A stretch of DNA of 64,000 nt, taken from Octopus vulgaris (lineage: Eukaryota). The notes under the pieces are model-generated. The model had not been told where the DNA came from. It did not search any database and was given only the letters and a program-made list of their open reading frames with translations. A program made the position numbers and the translations under genes. The stretch is from positions 26,536,001 to 26,600,000 of the forward strand of contig OX597825.1 of NCBI GenBank assembly GCA_951406725.2, in the 5' to 3' direction. Below are positions 57,330-64,000 of the stretch, piece by piece (position 1 is the stretch's first letter; every line of letters starts with the position of its first letter).

Positions 57330-57495
57330 GAAATTCATATTATCTTGAATCGCTTTTGGAACGAACCACATTAAGCTGTATTGAATTAGAATTCTTTTTA
57401 TCATTCCGTTTATTTCAACGATTTTCTTAATTTAAGTTTAATCCATGTGTCTTTATCAATCTCATCCCCTCTCACTATTACCTTAAATCTCCTAT
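57330..57495. repeat. Dispersed repeat of about 170 bp, paralogous to 58605-58775
   Basis: ATTATCTTGAAT..AGAATTCTT..TAATCCATGTGT..TTTATCAATCT..CCCTCTCACT is colinear in both copies. Confidence 0.8.
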
Positions 57496-57540
57496 CCACC
57501 CATGCAAACATACACATACATACACGCACACACTTAGAGA

Positions 57541-57630
<90 letters not shown>

Positions 57631-57729
57631 GTTCTAAAATCTGAATTTTACGGGCTAGGTATCTAAGAAATTTTAAATCTCATGGCACCAAATGAAGCTG
57701 TTATACTTAAAAGTGTATAATATATAAAT

Positions 57730-57872
57730 GAAGACGCATGGCTTCGTGTTTAAGTGTATTGGTCTCACGACCCTAAGGTTTTGCGTTCGATATACGGTGG
57801 CGCTCTGTGTCTTTGAGGAATACATTTTATATCACGTTGTTCCAGTCCACACAGTTGGAAAAAATATGAGTA
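57730..57872 (+). mobile_element. SINE family 3 remnant (tRNA-like head plus conserved central domain)
   Basis: GCATGGCTTCGTGTTTAAG A-box-like, GTTCGAT B-box-like, then GTGTCTTTGAGGAATACATTTT..CCAGTCCACACAG. Confidence 0.5.
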
Positions 57873-57879
57873 GTAAGTT

Positions 57880-58070
57880 GGGAGGGAATTTGGGAAAATA
57901 ATTAGCACGTCGCTGAAAAAGCTGAACGGCATTATGTTCTGTTTTCTGAGCGGCATCACGTCTTTGCGTTCTGAGTTCAAATTCCACCGCTGATGACTTT
58001 GCCTTTCCTCATTAAGGGGTCGTTGAAATAACTTGCAGCTGAACACAGGGTTTGATGTAACCGATTAACT
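57880..58070 (+). mobile_element. SINE family 2, diverged
   Basis: TTAGCACG..CGTTCTGAGTTCAAATTCC..GACTTTGCCTTTC..GGGGTCG; related to 42372-42528. Confidence 0.7.
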
Positions 58071-58150
58071 GAACCCAAACACTGCTGACCATGCCCAAAT
58101 ATTGAAACAGTTGCATAACACACACACACACACACACAAACATATATATG

Positions 58151-58210
<60 letters not shown>

Positions 58211-58416
58211 AGTATAAGAGGTAGTGGTATCATTGAGACCCAAATGTATCAGGTAATGCTGAATAAGTGCTATAAACATACCATAGTTAAGTTCCAGGTT
58301 CGGTAATTTTGCGAATAAGGGGTTCAACGTTGGTCATATGTCAGCGTGTTTATGTTTTGCGTAATGAGATAAAAAAACCAAGACTGTGTAAATATTAGAA
58401 CATTTATAGATATAAG

Positions 58417-58468
58417 GTCTTACAGCTGTTTCCAGGATATTTATTTGTTATATACCTTCATCGGAGAC
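58417..58468 (-). ncRNA. Candidate minimal (dimer-type) hammerhead ribozyme
   Basis: GUCU-CCGAUGA-AGG(U)AUAU..AUAUCCU-G-GAAA-CAGCUG-U-A-AGAC. Stem I GUCU/AGAC, palindromic stem III ACAGCUGU, GUA site, U4C core variant. Confidence 0.6.
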
Positions 58469-58938
58469 GGTGTGAGAGGATGGTCAAATAGCAGTTAATT
58501 TAGATAGGATACAAAATAGAGAGTGAGGTATTATATTGTTCATTCTCAATTGCAACGAGTTCCACGTGTATACCTACACAATTGGATTACACTGGGATGT
58601 GGAAAAATATTTCCACATTATCTTGAATTTCATTTGAAACGAAACTCATGACGCAGTTTTGAATAAGAATTCTTATCATCATTCTATTTACTTTTTAAGA
58701 TTTTCCTAATTTAAATATAATCCATGTGTTTTTATCAATCTAATTCCCTCTCACTCTTAACATAAACCCCTACTTTCTATGCTTCCGTCAGCTACCATCT
58801 GTTAAAGGCATAAAAGCTTTTAAAAGCGCGATTCTAGGCTTTAGTTCAAACTAATCGCATATTTGGTATGCATTCGTGTTAATGTAAGTATATGTATTTA
58901 CATCTATCTATCTATCTCTCTATCTATCTCTCTATCTC

Positions 58939-59009
<71 letters not shown>

Positions 59010-59017
59010 CTATATAT

Positions 59018-59084
<67 letters not shown>

Positions 59085-59085
<1 letters not shown>

Positions 59086-59428
59086 CTTTGCTTGTTTGAG
59101 TTATCCCTTGAAGGAATTTAGTCGAGGGAATCAACTCAAGGACTTCTTGTTTGGAAGCCCAGCACTTATTCTACGGCCTTATCTCCTTATCTAAAATACA
59201 TAAACACACCAGTATCAGTTGTCAAGGGATGGCGGGGGGACGAACACACACCCATCCACCACCATATATACATATATACTACGGGCTTCTTTCCATTTCT
59301 TCTACCAAATACATTCACAAGGCTTTGGCCGGGTTGAGGCTGTAGTAGAAGACACTTGCCCAAGGAGCGACGTAGTGGGATTGAACCCGGAACCATATGG
59401 TTGCGAAGCAAGCTTCTTACCACAAAGC
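59085..59428 (-). mobile_element. SINE family 1, inverted copy
   Basis: Reverse complement of the family 1 core (CACAAGGCTTTGG..GAAGACACTTGCCCAAGG..GAACCCGGAACCAT). Confidence 0.88.
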
Positions 59429-59429
59429 A

Positions 59430-59530
59430 AATTTGACCTCGGCAAAATTTGTACACAGAAGACAAAGAGGGACTAAATGCAGTTAAGCATTAATCCGCGT
59501 ATGCTGACGATTCTGCCCTCTCACCACCCT
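59430..59530 (-). mobile_element. SINE family 2, 5' fragment
   Basis: ..TGCTGACGATTCTGCCCTCTCACCACC matches the head of 42372-42528. Confidence 0.6.
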
Positions 59531-59663
59531 AGCTAATTCTACTAATGTCATCATCTCAGAGACATGTTTGTTGTTGCGAATAATATCCTCCGACGGCACT
59601 ATGTCTCTCGCTATTCGTTGCACCAGAATTTATTTAATTCTGAATTTTTGTACAATATTGTAC

Positions 59664-59827
59664 AGGCGCAGGAGTGGCTGTGTGGTAAGTAGCTTGTTTA
59701 CCAACCACATGGTTCCGGGTTCATTCCCACTGCGTGGCACCTTGGGCAAGTGTCTTCTAATATAGCCTCGAGCCGACCAAAGCCTTGTGAGTGGATTTGG
59801 TAGACGGAAACTAAAAGAAGCCCGTCG

Positions 59828-59859
<32 letters not shown>

Positions 59860-60075
59860 TGTGTGTGTTTGTGTGTCTGTGATGTCCCCCTAGCATTGCT
59901 TGACAACCGATGCTGGTGTGTTTATGTCCCCGTAACTTAGCGGTTCGGCAAAAGAGACCGATAGAATAAATACTGGGCTTCCAAAAAGAATAACTCCCGG
60001 GGTCGAGTTGCTCGATTAAAGGTGGTGCTCCAGCATGGCCACAGTCAAATGACTGAAACAAATAAAAGAGTAAAG
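59664..60075 (+). mobile_element. SINE family 1, full length
   Basis: Head, internal (TA)n and tail all intact; colinear with 32411-32850. Confidence 0.95.
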
Positions 60076-60089
60076 TGTAATAATGATTA

Positions 60090-60482
60090 CCATTTTCAGT
60101 GAAAAGGTGCTTGATACTATCATTTTGCTTTCGTGTCCAAACATATTTTCATGGGGAACTTTGCCGCTCTTCAAAATAACAGATTGGTGATTTGATTTCG
60201 GTTCCTTTTTGCCTTTTTTTTTTGTTATATTTAAAAAAAAAATATATTTCATTGCATTCCATAATGTCTCATTTTATCATTCATTTGATTGCGGAGCACG
60301 TGATATTTCAAAAGTTTTATAATTTTTCTTTATCTTCGTTTTTCCTGTTAATACTTCGATTTATTATTGTTGGGTTAATAGCTATAATTGTGTATCCACT
60401 TTTCGTTGCAGGCGCAATACCGCTTTCGCAGGAGAAATGATATGAATCGGATATATTGTGTTTTCGTCTGATTTTCATTACA
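60090..60482 (-). pseudogene. Possible decayed Penelope-like GIY-YIG C-terminal region
   Basis: Ordered degenerate motifs QYIR..LRKRY, TLWNAMKYIF (cf. CxLCxxEKxxI) and HESK (cf. CRHxxK); starts at a (TA)n tract. Confidence 0.35.
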
Positions 60483-60483
60483 G

Positions 60484-60594
<111 letters not shown>

Positions 60595-61657
60595 ATGTAT
60601 ATATATACAACGAAAAAAGTTAAGGTAGAAAATGCTAAAATGATTATATCATAAAACATATTTTATATTTCTACATAAGAATGGAAAACAATTAAATTTT
60701 GAAAGAGTTAAATGAAAAGATTTTCAAACGAATATTTGCATAGTATTGAAATACAAGGGGCATTTTCTCTGTTTCTGCCTGTCTCTGTCTCTCTTGTTTA
60801 CATTGTGGGCTCGAGGTCGTTGCTAATTCTTGGCAGAGGAGGAGGAGAAGAAGAAGAAGTAGGAGGAGGAGGAGAATGAGAAGAAGAAGACGAAGAAGAT
60901 GAAGAAGAAGAGAAAGAATAATAAAAGAATGCGGGAGTGGTATGATTGTAGCAGGATGTTAAATGGTCAAGTGCCCTGAAGTTGATTTATTGTGGATAGT
61001 AGGGTGGTAATGTGATAACCCCATTCGAAAAACTAATCCAAAGCACTTCGTTTTATGCCCAGCAATGTAAAACAATATGTGGCAATCTGTTTGATGCCGT
61101 GATATCTGAATATAATATTTATTAATATTTCGGGTTTCTCCTTGTCAGTATGCTGTGGTTGTTTTCAATGGAAAGATCCCACAAATATATTTCAACTTTG
61201 TAAATAGAAATATAAGTATGAGATAATGAAAGCAAAAACACAAAATAATGGAATCAAGCGAAAGCGAAACAAAAACATCCCTTCTCCTTAAAGATGTCAC
61301 TGTGGTTTCACACTGTGACTCCGTCGATGAGAAAGAGAGATATTCATGCAGACACACCAATAAGAACGTTATAAAATATCTCACACAAATATACCACCAG
61401 AACCACTACTGTCACGAGACGCTCACGTACAAACCTCCAGACCTCCACAGATCTGCATGTCACTCAAAGCAAAATGCCTTAGTCTCATAGAAGCTGTACG
61501 CTAGAGGACAAAATTTAACGCAGTCACTTATATCGACGCTTCAGCTGCTCCAGAATCCATATTACTTGACATTCTCTAAATCCACATAAAATGAGTTCGC
61601 CTCTTTTATACTATTCCATCACGAATTTAGGTCGTGATGGAACAGAATGCGATTAGA

Positions 61658-62262
61658 TAGGCGCAGGAGTGGCTGTGTAGTAAGTAGCTTGCTTACCAAC
61701 CACATGCAAATATATGGGAAACTACCACCTGTGTCATCTCTTGTGAAAGGTAAGAGAGTCCAGTTTGCTGGACATTGTTGTGGAGCTGAAAAAGAGGTAA
61801 TTTCTACTCTCCTCCTCTGGAAGCCATCTTCTCGCAATACCAGAGGGCGCACACTCACTTACACTGATCCAAGGATGCCTGTATCCAAGGATACAGGCAT
61901 CCAGCAGCAGGACCTCCGTAATGCTATGATGGACCGTGAAGTCTGGCGTAGCATGGTAAATTCCATTGTCTCGACCACGGTCGAACAATGATGATGATGA
62001 TATGTACAAACATATATTGAGTTCATACAATATATGTATGTGTGTGTCTATGATTGTGTTTGTCCTACCCACATCGCATGACAACTGATGCTGGTGTGTT
62101 TATGTGCCTGTAACTTGACGGTTCGGCAAAGAACACCCATAGAATAAGTACAAGACCTTCAAAGAATAAGTCCTGGAGTTGATTTGTTCGACTAAAGGCG
62201 GTGCTCCAGCATGGCCGCAGGCAACCTACTGAAACAAGTAAAAGAATAAAAGAATAAAAGAA
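61658..62262 (+). mobile_element. SINE family 1 with an internal segment replaced by an RTE LINE 3' end
   Basis: SINE head 61658-61706; SINE 3' half about 62030-62262. Confidence 0.88.
61704..62001 (+). mobile_element. RTE-clade LINE 3' end with (TGA)n tail
   Basis: IYGKLPPVSSLVKGKRVQFAGHC..LLLWKP..RGR..AMMDREVWR, then a stop and a TGATGATGA tail; typical RTE C-terminus. Confidence 0.85.
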
Positions 62263-64000
62263 TACCTTGATTATGTGGCCGGTGACTGACATATTTTACT
62301 AAAATATAGCAGGTCAGTACATAAAAGAGATATGGTAACCAGTTCCACGAACAAGATTTCTGAGATACGAATAGCATATTAATCTCCGATGACTACAAAT
62401 TGAATATGTCTCTAATTTAGTATATATATATATATATATGGCTAGTATTTCCTGCAGTTCAAGTTTCTATGAAGATATTCTAAAGCTGATATGTCAGGAA
62501 GAATATATATATGAAAAAGTAGATTTTAGTTAGTAACTTTGTAAAAATAGCACGTGTAAATGTTATGACAAACACTATTTATAATTTAATTTATTTCTAT
62601 AGCTAATGCGCAGGGTGGGAAGGATCAGGTGATCACATATGTATTGCACTACTTTGCGTTTGTTTCTGTTATGAGGTCAAATCAAGAAAATATCACCCCC
62701 TGTCTTTAGTCACTTATGGGTACCTATAAAATGAAGCAGCAATCATCTGCTTCGGTCAATATCATGGAGTAACGTCCAACTCCGCTATTTGGGGATTTGT
62801 GTCTGTGTCAGATCTACCTGTATATAATGAGGGAAACATATACAGATAGCATTATGCAAGCGCTTTTCCCTTATTTGTATACGTTTTCTGTCCATGAGAA
62901 CAATAATACAAAATGTCACATGTAGAACTGTGTTTTCAGTTCTCTACAATATAACCTATGGTTTTATGGTTCACCTTCCGAGAAAGAGCTCTGTCTTCTG
63001 CAACAATAAACTGTCACTTCTGAGAAACGACGTTTCTGCAAATTTCCATATCATAAGCTTCCCTTTAAAACATTGCACTTATCTCATATGTTTAACGTAC
63101 CTTAAAATATGAATGTCGTAAGCTCCATTTACTTGTACACATGGAAAGTTATAATGCTACACAATTTTAGAGCAATGTAGTAAGGGACAGGGACGAATTT
63201 GGCGTAGTTGGATGAATGGAAGAATGTTGATGCTTAATATTTATTCCAAATATTAAGCTTGCAGAAAATTACTTAAAAAATACTTCTTGAATTTGAAATT
63301 AATTAGGTAAAATAATCTGTATTACAATTTGATGGATGGCATTCAAGTTTAAAATTCGATGTTTAAAGTTTAAGGAAATATTTTTCTGTAAATTTTTTCT
63401 TATATTTACATTCTTATACAGACTAAATAACTTGTCTTTACTAAAAAGAATATTTAATAAATATTTAATGAAATGTCAGCATCGTAATAGTCATTGTTAA
63501 ATGAATCAATTTCAGCTTCTTGCAAATTATGCTGTATTAGTAGAACACATCAATAAATTTAACACCAATTAATAGAAAGAAATAACGTGATTTGACTAAC
63601 AATACGTGTGAGGGCAAATAAAACAGAAATAATATTTAGTAATGAAAAAGCACTATGTAAAACATATATAAACTATATAGAAATATAATCCACGAAGATA
63701 GGCAACCATAATGTATTGGGAATAATTGTGAAATTTGTGTCCATTAAATATAGTTATAAACTTTTTGAACGATAGGAATATTTCAAAGATGTATCATTAT
63801 TCAGTGTCACTTTAATCAGAACTAATGAAGATTAAATCTCTGATTATCCTTTACAAAATGTTCCAGTAAAAATAAAAATAAACTATCAGAAAGAAAGAAA
63901 GTAGAAATAATTATAAAATTAGAATTGCGGAAAAACAATTTAATCAAATTAGATAATTAGAATATACATTAATGCTGGTATTTCATTTTCAGATATCACA

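Overview
AT-rich, microsatellite-saturated eukaryotic non-coding DNA. No intact host protein-coding gene, rRNA, true tRNA gene or CRISPR array can be supported. The dominant tRNA-derived SINE has an internal (TA)n/(TG)n tract and resembles the SINEs of octopus genomes, so the taxon is inferred to be a coleoid cephalopod. Almost all ORFs in the track are translations of simple repeats. Recognisable content: about 9 copies of one SINE family plus two minor SINE families; LINE remnants (RTE reverse transcriptase, RTE 3' end, CR1/L2 3' end, R4/Dong-like); three IS630-Tc1-mariner transposase remnants (mariner DD34D, rosa/DD41D-like, maT/DD37D-like); a Tigger-like MITE; two Helentron-type (HINE/DINE-like) elements; and Penelope-like GIY-YIG remnants. 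The most interesting signal is a set of short elements in or next to (TA)n tracts. Several form 200-400 bp fold-back palindromes. At least four unrelated families carry hammerhead-ribozyme-like cores with palindromic stem III, which suggests a Penelope/retrozyme-type system. Also notable: a flipped terminal hairpin loop between the two HINE copies, and a SINE-LINE-SINE chimera. All family assignments were made by eye from motifs. Edges of degenerate elements are approximate.
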